Shown one piece after another: positions 10,918 through 21,582 of a stretch of 64,000 nt of DNA. The notes under the pieces were generated by a model that worked only from the letters and a program-made list of their open reading frames with translations, was not told where the DNA came from and searched no databases. A program made the position numbers and the translations under genes. This DNA comes from an uncultured delta proteobacterium. Lineage in GTDB: Bacteria > Desulfobacterota > Binatia > Binatales > Binataceae. The stretch lies in NCBI GenBank assembly GCA_963721485.1, contig CAVRJV010000014.1, positions 139,134 to 203,133 on the forward strand. The letters run 5' to 3'. Positions within the stretch are counted from its first letter, which is position 1. Each line of letters opens with the position of its first letter.

Positions 10918-11926
10918 ATGGAATATCGGCGATTAGGTGGTACCGGACTCAAAGTTTCGGAGCTTTGCCTCGGATGCATGACGTTTGGACGCGAAACAGA
11001 CGAAAAAACCGCGGCAAAAATTCTCGACAGATTCATCGAGGTCGGCGGCAATTTTCTCGATACCGCCAACGTCTATGCGGCCGGCGCGTCGGAGGAAATT
11101 CTCGGACGAATTGTCGGCGAGCGGCGAAAAGATCTGATTGTCGCGACCAAAGTCCGCTTCAACGCCAATATTTTCATGGGCAAACCCGTCGGCGCCCAAC
11201 CAAATCGGTCTCTCGCGCGGGCATATCATGTCCGAGGTCGAGGCCAGCCTGCGCCGCCTGAAGATGGACTACATCGATCTCTACCAGGTGCATTCGTGGG
11301 ACTTCGAAACGCCGATCGAAGAAACGATGCGCGCGCTCGACGACCTCGTGCGTCACGGCAAAGTCAGGTATATCGGCGCGTCGAATTTTACCGCGTGGCA
11401 GCTGATGAAGAGTTTGTGGGTCAGCGATAAACGCGACTTCGCGCGGTTTGACTGCCTGCAGCCGCAATACAGCCTGATTTCGCGCGAGATCGAGCGCGAG
11501 ATTTTGCCGCTATGCCGCTACGAAGGCGTCGGCGTGATTCCATGGAGTCCGCTCGGCGGCGGATTTCTGACCGGCAAGTATCGTTCGGGTCAGCGTCCGC
11601 CCGAGGACAGCCGGCTCGCGAAGATGGATATGTGGAATCGGCTGGCCGACGAGCGCAACTACTCGACGCTCGAAGCCGTCGAGCAGGTCGCGAAGGAGCG
11701 CGGGCGTGCGATCTCGCAGGTCGCGCTGGCGTGGGTCAATCAGCAGCCCGGCGTCAGCTCGGTGATTTACGGCGCGCGCACCGAGGAGCAGAACGAGCAG
11801 AACCTCGGCGCGATCGGCTTCCGCCTCGAAGCGGCGGAGCTCGCGGCGCTGAACAAGGCCAGCGCATTGCCGGCCGAGTATCCCAACTCGATGCAGGCGC
11901 GACTCCCGGGTTATCCTCGACAGTAA
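10918..11926 (+). CDS. aldo/keto reductase family oxidoreductase; frameshift near 11200
   Basis: [24 protein letters not shown]...[18 protein letters not shown] lies in frame 10750, with GGAGGA 12 nt upstream of ATG 10918. It continues in ORF 11138-11926 ([13 protein letters not shown]...[10 protein letters not shown]...[14 protein letters not shown]). Confidence 0.85.
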
Positions 11927-11931
11927 GGGAA

Positions 11932-12010
11932 TCCAGTAGGACGGAATTTATTCCGTCGTCTCAGCCAACCAGGAAGCGAAGACGACGGCAATAAATGTGC
12001 CGTCCTACTT
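11932..12010. terminator. bidirectional rho-independent terminator-like inverted repeat between convergent genes
   Basis: Two hairpins (gacggaatttattccgtc and gacggcaataaatgtgccgtc) form the arms of a larger, approximately 29-bp imperfect palindrome (agtaggacgg...ccgtcctact). The element lies between the AKR stop (11926) and the SDR stop (12015). Confidence 0.5.
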
Positions 12011-12014
12011 TTGC

Positions 12015-12863
12015 TCATCCCTGGAACGACGGGCCCATGAACGCGCTCGGTGGCGTAAGCGGTGACTGCGTATCCTGTCCGGGTGCGTTTGCGAAGAACT
12101 GGCTGCCCACAGTCATCCCGCCGTCGACGACCATCGCCTGCCCGGTGACGAATTCCGAATCGTCGCTGGCCAGATAGAGCGCCATCCCCGCGATATCTTC
12201 CGGATGGCCGGCGCGCCGAATCGGCTGCCCTTCGCCATAAATTGCTCCATCGCCTCCTTCATGCCGGGCTGATTGCGATGCAGTATCGGCGTATTGATTC
12301 CGCCGGGGCAGATACAGTTGACGCGGATTTTGTCCTTCGCGAATTCCAGCGACGCCGAACGCGTCAGGTTGACGACGCCGGCCTTCGCCGCGCAATACGC
12401 ATGCAAGCCGTTGAAGCCGCGGATACCCGCGACCGACGCGGTCGAGATGATCGAGCCGCCGCCGACTTTACGCATCTCGGGCGCCGCGTGCTTCATCCCG
12501 AGGAATACGCCGCGCAGCAACACCGACTGGCTCCTGTCCCAGTCTTCGACCGAGATTTGTTCGAGTGGTCCGACCGCGCCGCCGATTCCGGCGTTGTTAT
12601 AGATAATGTCGAGACGGCCGAACTCGCTGATGGCGCGCGCGACCAAGCGCCTTGATTTCGGCTTCGGCGGAAACGTCGGTCTTCTGGAAGACCGCGCGCC
12701 CGGCGTTCTCCTTGCAATCGCGAACGGCGGACTCGCCGCCTTCGACGTTAAGGTCCGCGATCACGACGGCCGCGCCTTCACCCGCGAACTTGATCGCAGT
12801 CGCGCGCCCGATCCCGCTCGCCGCGCCGGTGATTACCGCCACTTTGCCCTTGAGCCTGTCCAT
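12015..12863 (-). CDS. SDR family NAD(P)-dependent oxidoreductase (paralog 1); frameshifted
   Basis: ORF 12597-12863 gives [21 protein letters not shown] (TGxxxGxG). ORF 12113-12646 gives NNAGI...[21 protein letters not shown] (YxxxK). ORF 12015-12395 gives the C-terminus [22 protein letters not shown] plus an approximately 40-aa extension. Confidence 0.8.
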
Positions 12864-13008
12864 TTGAGATTTCCTCTGTTGAAAAATTTAGACGTTACTA
12901 CAGACCAACGACTCGCTATCGTAAGTCGGAATCAGACCGCAACTTTTCGAAGGCTCGCTCGTCTTGCAGCTAAGAAACGAGCGGCGATAGCCGCCGAGGG
13001 TGATTAAC

Positions 13009-13529
13009 ATGCGGAAATTCGGATTTTCGATCCTGATTGCGACCGCGATTCTAGGCATTTGCTAAACACGGGCAGGGTACCGCTCAGTGTGCCCGCCCGG
13101 AGGCATGATGGGCCGCCACCCGGGGGTCCGATGGGTGGGCCGCCGCCGGTTCCGCCACTCCTGATGATGGCGCTGCGCGCCGCGGACCTGACCGAGCGAC
13201 AGCAGAAACAGATTCGTGACATCATGGACTCGAACCGAACGAGCAGCGCGCCGCTGATGGAGTCAGATGCACTCGATTCGCGAGCAGATATCAGACAAGC
13301 TGCTGTCATCGGGCAGCGTGAGCGCCTCGGACCTGGCGCCACTGCTGGCGCAGCAGAGCAGATCCAACAACAGCTCGACAATCAGATGGTATCGACGGCG
13401 ATTCAGATTCGCGGCGTGATGACGCCCGGCCAGTTGAGCAAAGTGTCTGCGGTGAACGAGAAGCTCAAGGCAATTCATTCCCAAATCGAGTCGATTCTCG
13501 GACCACCGGATGCGCCACCGCTCCCTTAG
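13009..13529 (+). CDS. periplasmic LTXXQ-motif protein (Spy/CpxP/ZraP-like); frameshift after the signal peptide
   Basis: The signal peptide MRKFGFSILIATAILGIC (ATG 13009) is followed by ORF 13059-13529, which carries LTERQQKQIRDIM and MTPGQLSKV (LTXXQ-type motifs). Confidence 0.55.
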
Positions 13530-13540
13530 CGTCGCAAGCG

Positions 13541-14093
13541 TTGCTGGTGCCCGCGCCCGATCTCGCCGCGACAGTCGAGAAGGCGCGGGCCGGCGACAGT
13601 CGGCAATTCGCGAGCTGATCGAACTGTACCAGGGGCGCGTCGGGCGATTCGTGCGCTCGATGATGGGTAATGACCGCGATTGGGAAGATGTGGCGCAGGC
13701 CACATTCGTCAAGATGATGCTGGGAATCGAGCGGCTGCAATCCACCGAGATTTTCGAGTCGTGGCTATTCAAAATCGCTCGCAATTCCAGCCTCGACCAT
13801 CTGCGGCGACGGAGATGGCGACGGCTGTTCACATCGTGGGAGCCGCATCACGGCGAGGTCGCTGCCCCGGCGCACGGATTCGAAGACGGACGCCTCGCGC
13901 AAGTCGAACGTGCGCTGATCCTAATGCCCGCCGATCAGCGCGAACTGATACTGCTGATGCGCGAGAACGATTGGAGCTACGGCGACCTCGCGCGCATAAC
14001 CGGCGCGACCCCGCCGCGGTCAAGTCGAGGTTGTTCCGCGCCCGCAGCCGCCTGCGCGCGCTGATAAGAAAGGTGACGAATCGTGAAAAATGA
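13541..14093 (+). CDS. RNA polymerase sigma-70 factor, ECF subfamily; two frameshifts
   Basis: Region 2 (ELIELYQGRVGRFVRSMMGNDRDWEDVAQATFVKM) and region 4 (LMPADQRELILLMRENDWSYGDLARITGA) lie in ORF 13510-14064. The C-terminus (VKSRLFRARSRLRALIRKV) is in ORF 13680-14093. The start (TTG/GTG near 13541-13547) is uncertain. Confidence 0.75.
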
Positions 14094-14510
14094 AGGATTT
14101 CCCTGGACCAAGTCGGCTCGGGCCCGGAGCCGCGGCTGCCGGCTGATTTTGCCGTCGCGCGTGATCGAGCAGGCGCACGCAGGCGTGGCGCGTAAGCGTC
14201 GCGATGAAGCTCGGATTCGCCGCGGGATTGGGCCTCGCGGCGGTCGGCGCTACGGTCTCTCTTCGATGCGCCTGACGCCGGCAAATCAACGGCGCCGGCT
14301 TGCGATCGCCACCGTCATCATACGGTGCGCTCTCGGATCTCAACGCGTCACGTGGAACGATCAGTCCGACCCCGATCTACTCACGGTGCTGATACCCAGC
14401 GCCCGGCCCGCCGAGAAGTTCGACGCGTACTACGGCGCCGTCAGCGGTGACACCTACGCCAGTTGGGATCCCGATCTCGTACGATTCGTCGCAGACCCGT
14501 ATCGCGTTTC
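14094..14510 (+). CDS. putative anti-sigma factor (single transmembrane helix), badly frameshifted
   Basis: Its position directly downstream of the ECF sigma gene supports the call. One frame encodes a TM helix, MKLGFAAGLGLAAVGATVSL, and another encodes ...PDLLTVLIPSARPAEKFDAYYGAVSGDTYASWDP. No single intact frame exists. Confidence 0.3.
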
Positions 14511-14515
14511 GAAAT

Positions 14516-15340
14516 TCACATCTCGAACGAAGGACCGGAGAAGCCGCTGTCCGGCAGCCCCGCCATCCGAAAGCGCGCGTTGCCGGTGTTGATTCCGCCG
14601 TCGACGACCATCGCAGTGCCGCTGATCCAGTCGGCGTCGTCGCTCGCGAGGAACAGCGCCATCGTCGCGATGTCTGTCGGGCTTGCCGGCGCGCGGTATC
14701 GGCTGCATTCGCGCCATGACTTCTCCGATCGCTCTTCGGCGCCCGGGCCCCGCGATGGATCAGTGGCGTATTCACGCCGCCGGGGCAGATGCAGTTGACG
14801 CGAATCTTGTCGTGCCCGACTTCGATCGCGACCGCCTGCGTCAGGTTCACGACCGCCGCCTTCGCCGCGCTGTATGCGGCCAGATAGCCGACGCCGCGCA
14901 GTCCCGCGACTGACGCAGTCGAGATAATCGAGCCACCGCCCGCCTTGCGCATCTCGGGGATCGAATACTTCATGCCGAGGAAGGCCGCGCGCAGGAGTAT
15001 GGCGATAGTTTTGATCGAAGTCGGCGGATGCCACTTTTTCGATCGGCCCGACGGCGCCGGCGACGCCCGCGTTGTTGAACATGATATCGAGCCGCCCGTA
15101 TTCCTTGACCGCGCGCGCGACCGCGGCCTTGATATCGGCCTCGCTGGTCACGTCGGTGCGCTGAAACACGGCGCGTCCGCCCGCCGCCGCGCATTCTGCC
15201 ACCGCGGTCTCGCCGCCCTGCGAGTTCAAATCGGTGAGCACGACGCTCGCGCCTTCTTTCGCGAACCGAAGCGCCGTCGCGCGGCCCATCCCGCTCGCTG
15301 CGCCGGTGATCACTGCAACTTTTCCCTGGATTCTGCCCAT
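14516..15340 (-). CDS. SDR family NAD(P)-dependent oxidoreductase (paralog 2); frameshifted
   Basis: [21 protein letters not shown] (ATG 15338-15340, AGGAGA RBS) and ...NNAGVAGAVGP lie in ORF 14516-15484. ORF 14377-14973 gives SVAGLRGVGYLAAYSAAKAAV. The C-terminus ALFLASDDADWISGTAMVVDGG...SGPSFEM parallels paralog 1. Confidence 0.8.
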   Translation of the reverse strand: MGRIQGKVAVITGAASGMGRATALRFAKEGASVVLTDLNSQGGETAVAECAAAGGRAVFQRTDVTSEADIKAAVARAVKEYGRLDIMFNNAGVAGAVGPIEKVASADFDQNYRHTPARGLPRHEVFDPRDAQGGRWLDYLDCVSRGTARRRLSGRIQRGEGGGREPDAGGRDRSRARQDSRQLHLPRRREYATDPSRGPGAEERSEKSWRECSRYRAPASPTDIATMALFLASDDADWISGTAMVVDGGINTGNARFRMAGLPDSGFSGPSFEM

Positions 15341-15458
15341 TGAATTTCTCCTGCGCGCATAGCGTCGCGCGGTGTTTTGATGTGAATCGCAAATTCTCAA
15401 TAGCAATGATTGAGGCGAGGTCGGGTAGAGCGGCGGCGCAATGATATAGTAGGCGGCC

Positions 15459-17549
15459 ATGCTCCCCGAAGATGAAAGCGACAAGCCGGCGGGACCGCAG
15501 CACGACTCGCTGATCGATTATCCGAAGGAAGCTCTGGCGGAAAGCGGCAATCCCGAATCGTTGGTTCTCGAAGACGAATCGAACGCCATCGATCAGAAGT
15601 TAGCCGCCACTCCCACCGAGCCCGGCGTCTACCTGCTGCGCGATCGCGGCGGCAAAGTGCTCTACGTCGGCAAGGCGAAGTCGCTGCGCTCGCGTGTGCG
15701 CGCGTACTTTCGCGAGGGCGGCGACGGCCGCTTCCAGGTGCGCTTCCTGATGAAGCGGGTGCGCGACTTCGACACCCTGGTCACCGCCAGCGAGAAGGAA
15801 GCGCTGATTCTCGAAAACAACCTGATCAAGCAATACAAGCCGCGCTACAACATCCGCCTCAAGGACGACAAATCCTACTTGAGCGCGAAGATCACCAATC
15901 ATCCGTGGCCGCGCATCACGGTCACGCGCAAGATCGTCAAGGACGGCGGCCACTACTTCGGCCCGTTCGGTTCGGCCGACGGCCTGCGCGAGACGATCGA
16001 CGTCATCCGCAAAGTATTTCCGCTGCGCACCTGCTCCGACGCGGTGTTCCGCAATCGCTCGCGGCCGTGTCTCGAATATCAGATCAAGCGATGCCTCGGG
16101 CCGTGCTGCCTGCCGGTCGATCGCGACGAGTACGGCCGCCATCTGCACGCCGCGCAGATGCTGCTCGAGGGCAAGAATCTCGAGCTGCTGCGCGAGATGC
16201 GCGAGCAGATGAAGGATCACGCGTCGCGGCTCGAATTCGAGCAGGCGGCGCGGATGCGCGACCGCGTCCGCGCGATCGAGAAGACCGTCGAGCGCCAGAC
16301 CGTGCTGCATCACTGGGGAATCGACCAGGACGTGTTCGGGCTTTACCGCGAAGGCGGCTTCATCGAGGCGATCGTGCTGATGGTGCGCGGCGGCAAGCTG
16401 ACCAGCACGCAGGGCTGGAGCTTTCCAGGACCTGGAATTTGCCGGTCCAGGATATTCTTGCCGATCTGCTGACGCAGTATTACTCGGGCGCGCGCAATAT
16501 CCCCGACGAGGTGATCGTGCCGGTCGCGCTCGAGGACGCCGACGTGCGCGCCGAGCTGCTCTCCGAGCGGCGCGGAAAGAAAGTCGAAGTTCCTGCGTGC
16601 CGCAGCGCGGCGAGAAGCTGCGCCTGCTCGAAATGGCGATGGAGAACGCGCGCCAGAGCTTCGCCTCGCGCCGCGACAACGAGAAGACGCGCGAGCAGAT
16701 GCTCGAGGAGCTGCGCGTCAAGCTCGGCCTGCGCAACACGCCCAAGCGGATGGAATGCTACGACATCTCGAATCTGCAGGGCTCGATGGTGGTCGGCTCG
16801 CAGGTGACGTTCGACGAGGGCGAGCCGCAGCAAGGATCTCTACCGCCGCTACCGGATTCGCAGCTTCGAGGGCCAGGACGACTTCGCCAGCATGTACGAA
16901 GTGCTGAAGCGGCGCCTCGACGCGCGCCGTCGCGCGAAAACGAGTATCCCGACTTGTGGGTCATCGACGGCGGCAAGGGTCAGCTCAATGTCGCGCTCGA
17001 AGTGCTGCGCGAGTTCAGCCTGCTCGACCAGATCGATTGCGTGTCGCTGGCCAAGCAGCACGTGCTGAACGACCGGCGCGAAAAGGAGGTGGTGAAATCC
17101 GAGGAGCGCGTCTTCGTTCCGCGTCGCAAGGATCCGATCGTGCTGCCGAAGAATTCCACCGCGCTGTTCCTGCTGGTGCGGATTCGCGACGAGGCCCATC
17201 GCTTCGCGATCACCTACAACCGCGAACTGCGGCGGCGCGCGCGGCTGCGCTCGGTGCTCGACGATATCGAGGGCATCGGCCCGGTGCGGCGGCGCGCGCT
17301 GCTGCGCCATTTCGGCAGCCTCAAGCGGATTCGCGAGGCGACGCGCCGAGGAGATCGCCGCGGTCAAGGGGATCAACCGCGAACTCGCGGCCGAGATTCG
17401 CCGCGCATCTCGACGAAATGACGGCGCTGCTCGACGTCGAGGAAGTCCGCCGACCCCGCCGATCAGACTCGCGCTTCCGCTCGAGTCGCCCGCGACTCCT
17501 GCCGATGACGCCGCACGCGCGAGTCAACGACACGCCCGCGCGCGAGTGA
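15459..17549 (+). CDS. uvrC: excinuclease ABC subunit C; several frameshifts
   Basis: The GIY-YIG domain (PGVYLLRDRGGKVLYVGKAKSLRSRVRAYF) is in ORF 15459-16472. The UvrBC-interacting and endonuclease regions are in ORFs 15905-16807 and 16597-17421 (CYDISNLQG, WVIDGGKGQLN, EAHRFAITYNR). The C-terminal HhH (IGPVRRRALLRHFGSLKRIREAT...INRELAAEI) follows. The exact 3' end is uncertain. Confidence 0.85.
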
Positions 17550-17641
17550 CACAAAAGTTCTCCAGAGCACATATCGGTGGTCGTGCTGAGCTACATGTGT
17601 TAGCGCATAATCTTTAAGTCAACATTGACCGCACGGCGCCA

Positions 17642-20257
17642 TTGATGCGCAAAGGAGTGCGTACCTATCGCTGCGGGAGCGCTTTCCGTAAGACGCGCCG
17701 CCTCGCGACCTGCCGGGCTGGAGTCGGTCGAGCTCGCGCGCAGACCTGCCGCCGATTCCGGCATTCAGCCCGCGTCGAGCGCATCGCGCCAATCTACGCG
17801 GTCGCAATCGCGGTCGTCGCCGGCGATGCGCTCGGCAATTTCCACTTCGCGATTCCGCTGCCATTTGCGTTGGCGTTCGCCGCTTTGGCGCTCGGCGCAT
17901 TTCTGTTCGCCTGACGCTCGCTCGGCCTGGTGATCGCGTACGTTGCAATCGCGCTCGCCGCGAACGCCGCGGTTGCGAACGTGCTCGAGCCTGCCGCATG
18001 CCGCCCACAGCATCGCCACGATGGTGGAAGGCTCGCGCGTGACGATCGAAGGACGCGTGTATCGCGAGACCGAGCACGAAGCATACGGCGACCGCGTGTA
18101 CGTCGCTGTCGAGCGGGCCGCCGAGCAGGGTGGCGTCTATGTCGGCGTCGAGCGGCAACATGCGGGTCGCGGTGATTGGTGGCGGAGTTTTCAAGCTGGG
18201 CGATGAGATCCGGCTGACCGCGCGAATTCATTTTCCGCGCAACTACGGCAATCCCGGTGAATTCGACTACGTCGGGCTTGATGGCGCGCGACGGCATCGA
18301 CGCGACGATGACCGCGCCGAAGCAAGTCGCTCGGCTCGCCGGTGTTTCAAATCATCGGGCATCGTTCGCTGTTCCTTGCGAGCCAGATCGAATCGATAAG
18401 GACTCATATCGGCGAGTTCTTCGATCGCAATCTTGCCTATCCTGAAAACGCCGAGATGCGCGCGCTGGTGATCGGCGATCAAGGCGAAATCGGCGATCCG
18501 CTCCGGCAAACCTTCGCGCGCACCGGCATGGCGCATCTGCTGGTGATCTCCGGACTGCACCTGAGCATCGTCGCCGCCGCGATGTTCGCCGCGGCGCGGC
18601 TTGCGATGATGCTGTTGCCGGAGCTGGCAAATCGCGGTTACGCGAACAAGGTCGCCGCGCTCGCCGCGATGCTCGCGGTGTGCGCGTACGCTTCGATCGC
18701 GGGGCATCACGTGTCGACGGTGCGCGCGCTGGTGATGGTGCTGGCGTACATGCTGGCCGTGATGATCGATCGTCCGCGCGAAGCGATGGCGTCGCTGGCG
18801 CTGGCCGCGATCGTGATCTGCGTTGCGCTGCCCGGTTCGACCGCCGACATCGGCTTCCAGCTCTCGTTCGCGTCGGTGATCGCGATCGTGCTCGGGATGC
18901 GCCGATTCGCCGCATGGTTCGCGCGCCGCAAACGCCTCGGATGCCTGCGCGGCGAGCCTCCGTCGCCGCGAGTGGCGATTGCTCGAAGTGCCCGGCCGGC
19001 TATCTCGCAGTCTCGTTCTGGGCGATGGCCGGGACGGCTCCGCTCACCGCGTACCACTTCAACCAGTTCGCGATTGTCGGAATCGTCGCCAACGCTGTGG
19101 TCGTGCCGATCATGGCATTCGGCGCGACGATCAGCGGACTGATCGCGGCCGCCGATCAGTTTCTTTTCCGAATCGGCCGCGCGCCCGATACTGCTGTTCG
19201 GCGCGAGCGCGCTCGCCGCAGGCAACTGGCTGGCGGCATGGTTCGTCGATTGGCCGTTGGCCTGGTTCCGCATCTTCACGCCGACAATTCTCGAACTCGC
19301 AATCGCGTACGCATTCCTGATGCTCTGGTTGCTGGCCCCGCTTGCCGTCGCGATGATGCAAGAACCGATCGCGCTATGAGACGTTCGACGCAAACGCGCA
19401 GAGTGCCCGATTCGGCTGGCGCGCGCGATGCGCGGTCGCACTGGCGGTCGTGCTGACGGTCGACGCGGGATACTGGACACTACGATCGCTTCTTCAATCC
19501 CGACCTGCGCGTGACGTTTCTGTCGGTGGGGGAGGGCGACGGCGCGGTCGTGCGATTTCCCGGCTCGCGCGTGATGCTGATCGATGGCGGTGGCTCCTAC
19601 GGCGGCTTCGACGCCGGCGAGCGAATCGTCGCGCCGTACCTGTGGTCGCAGAAAATCATGCGCGTCGATTACATTGCGCTCAGCCATCCCGACCTCGACC
19701 ATTTCGGCGGCCTGGATTTCATCGCGATGAACTTCGCGCCGCGCGCGTTCTGGACCACCGGCGTGTCGAGCCTCGACGTCAGCTACGCGCGGTTCATGGA
19801 CGATCTCGAACGCGCCAAAATTCCGATGGTGCAGGTGCTGAAGCGGCGCCGCTGGCATACCGATCGGCGGCGTCGCGATCGTTTCGCTCAACGGCGAGCG
19901 ACGCTTTCGCGGAATCGCACAACAACAGCTCGATGGTGTTGCGATTGAGTTTCGGCAACGCCGTCAATTCTGTTCACTGGCGATATCGAGTCGGCGGGCG
20001 AGCGCGCGCTGCTCGCGAGCGGCGGCGATCTTCACGCGACGATCCTCAAGGTACCCCATCATGGCAGCGCGACTTCCTCGACCGCAGCATTCATTGCGGC
20101 GGTGCATCCCGCGGCGGCGGTCATCTCGGACGGATACTTGAATAACTTTCATTTCCCGGCTGACGCAGTCATCGAACGCTACGTCGAAGCGGGCGCCATC
20201 CTGATGCGCACCGACCTCGACGGCGCCGTGATGGTCGATGCCACCCCGGCCCGATGA
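17642..20257 (+). CDS. comEC: DNA internalisation competence protein ComEC/Rec2 (DUF4131 + competence + metallo-beta-lactamase domains); several frameshifts
   Basis: N-terminal TM helices appear in ORF 17642-17914 and an OB/DUF4131 region (GNPGEFDYV) in 17943-18399. The competence domain (GMAHLLVISGLHLSIVAAAMF...) is in ORF 18342-19142. The MBL domain (MTFLSVGEGDGAVVRF...ALSHPDLDHFGGL) is in 19511-19948, and the C-terminus (...KVPHHGSATSS...VMVDATPAR*) ends at stop 20255-20257. The start is uncertain. Confidence 0.75.
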
Positions 20258-20425
20258 CCGTGCGAACTTTCCGTGATCGCCGCGGTGGTCCGCTTCGCAT
20301 CGTCCCCGCCGCGATCCGTTCGATGTTCGATCGGGCAATCGGAACAGTCGTTCAGAGCGCCTCGTAAAATCGCCGCGCGTTTCTATCGACCCCGCCCATC
20401 ACTGTAAGCTACATATTGGATCGAG

Positions 20426-21572
20426 ATGGATCTCGAACTCACAGAAGCCCAGCGCGGCGCGCGCGACGTTGCCCGCCGCTTCGCGCGCGAGAAGCTCGGG
20501 CCGATCGGCGTCGAGGCCGACCGCTCGCATCGCTATCCCGCCGAGGCGATCGACGAACTGGCGCGGCTCGGCATGCTCGGCATCTTCATCCCCGAGCAAT
20601 ACGGCGGCGCCGGCCTCGATCATGTCGCGTATTCGCTGGTGCTCGAGGAGCTCGCGGTCGAATGCGCTTCGACCGCGGTCATCATGTCGGCGCATTGCTC
20701 GCTCGCGTCGTGGCCGATTCTCGGGCTCGGCACGGCGCAGCAGAAGAATCATTTTCTGCCGAAGATGGCGACCGGCGAATGGATCGGATGCTTCGCGCTG
20801 ACCGAGCCGCAGGCCGGCTCCGACGCCGCCGGTCAGAAGACGCGCGCGGTGCGCGACGGCGACTCGTACGTCATCAACGGCACCAAGAATTTCATCACCA
20901 ACGCGCCGCAGTCGAAGGTGGCGATCGTGTTCGCGATGACGCAGCCCGACAAGGGCCATCATGGCATCAGCGCGTTCGCCGTCGAGACCGGCACGCCGGG
21001 ATGGGCCGTCACGCGCGTCGAAGACAAGATGGGAATTCACGGTGCGCATAGCGCGCAGCTCGAGCTTCACCGACATGCGCGTGCCGCGCGAAAATCTGCT
21101 GCTCAAGGAAGGCGAGGGCTTCAAGGTCGCGATGAAGACGCTCGACGGCGGGCGCATCGGAATCGCGTCGCAGGCGATCGGAATCGCGCGCGCGTCGCTC
21201 GAGGCGTCGTTGAAGTACGCGCAGGAGCGGCAGACCTTCGGCAAGCCGATCGCGCAGTACCAGGCGATTCAGTGGAAGCTCGCCGACATGGCGGTCGAGA
21301 TCGACGCGGCGCGCCTGCTGACGCATCGCGCGGCAACGCTAAAGGATCGCGGCCAGCCGTGCACCAAGGAATCCGCGATGGCGAAGCTGTTCGCCGCCGA
21401 AACCGCGATGAAGTCCGCGACCGAGGCGGTGCAGATTCACGGCGGCTACGGCTACACCAAGGAGTTCAAGGTCGAGCGTTATTTCCGCGACGCCAAGATC
21501 ACGGAGATCTACGAAGGCACTTCCGAGATTCAGCGCCTGGTAATCGCAGGCAGCGTGCTCGACAACCGCTGA
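20426..21572 (+). CDS. acyl-CoA dehydrogenase (short/branched-chain type); frameshift near 21040
   Basis: ORFs 20426-21586 and 20961-21572 carry the motifs [41 protein letters not shown] and [11 protein letters not shown]. Confidence 0.85.
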
Positions 21573-21582
21573 GGTCAGTCCT

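Noticed and set aside
14083-14592. 169-aa ORF downstream of the ECF sigma gene taken at face value as the anti-sigma factor
   Set aside because: Its translation is compositionally implausible (Arg-rich, no TM). The TM helix and a plausible periplasmic segment lie in other frames, so only a low-confidence frameshifted anti-sigma call was made, at 14094-14510.
18707-19891. Long antisense ORFs opposite well-supported genes
   Set aside because: The ORFs concerned are 18707-19891 (394 aa), 21499-22896 (465 aa), 15600-16745 (381 aa), 4526-5920 (464 aa), 47755-48615 (286 aa) and 20399-21244 (281 aa). Each lies antisense to, or out of frame with, a gene with clear homology: comEC, the mutase, uvrC, the LarA-like gene, gspE and the ACAD. 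These are typical shadow ORFs of about 67% GC DNA with Arg/Ala-rich composition.
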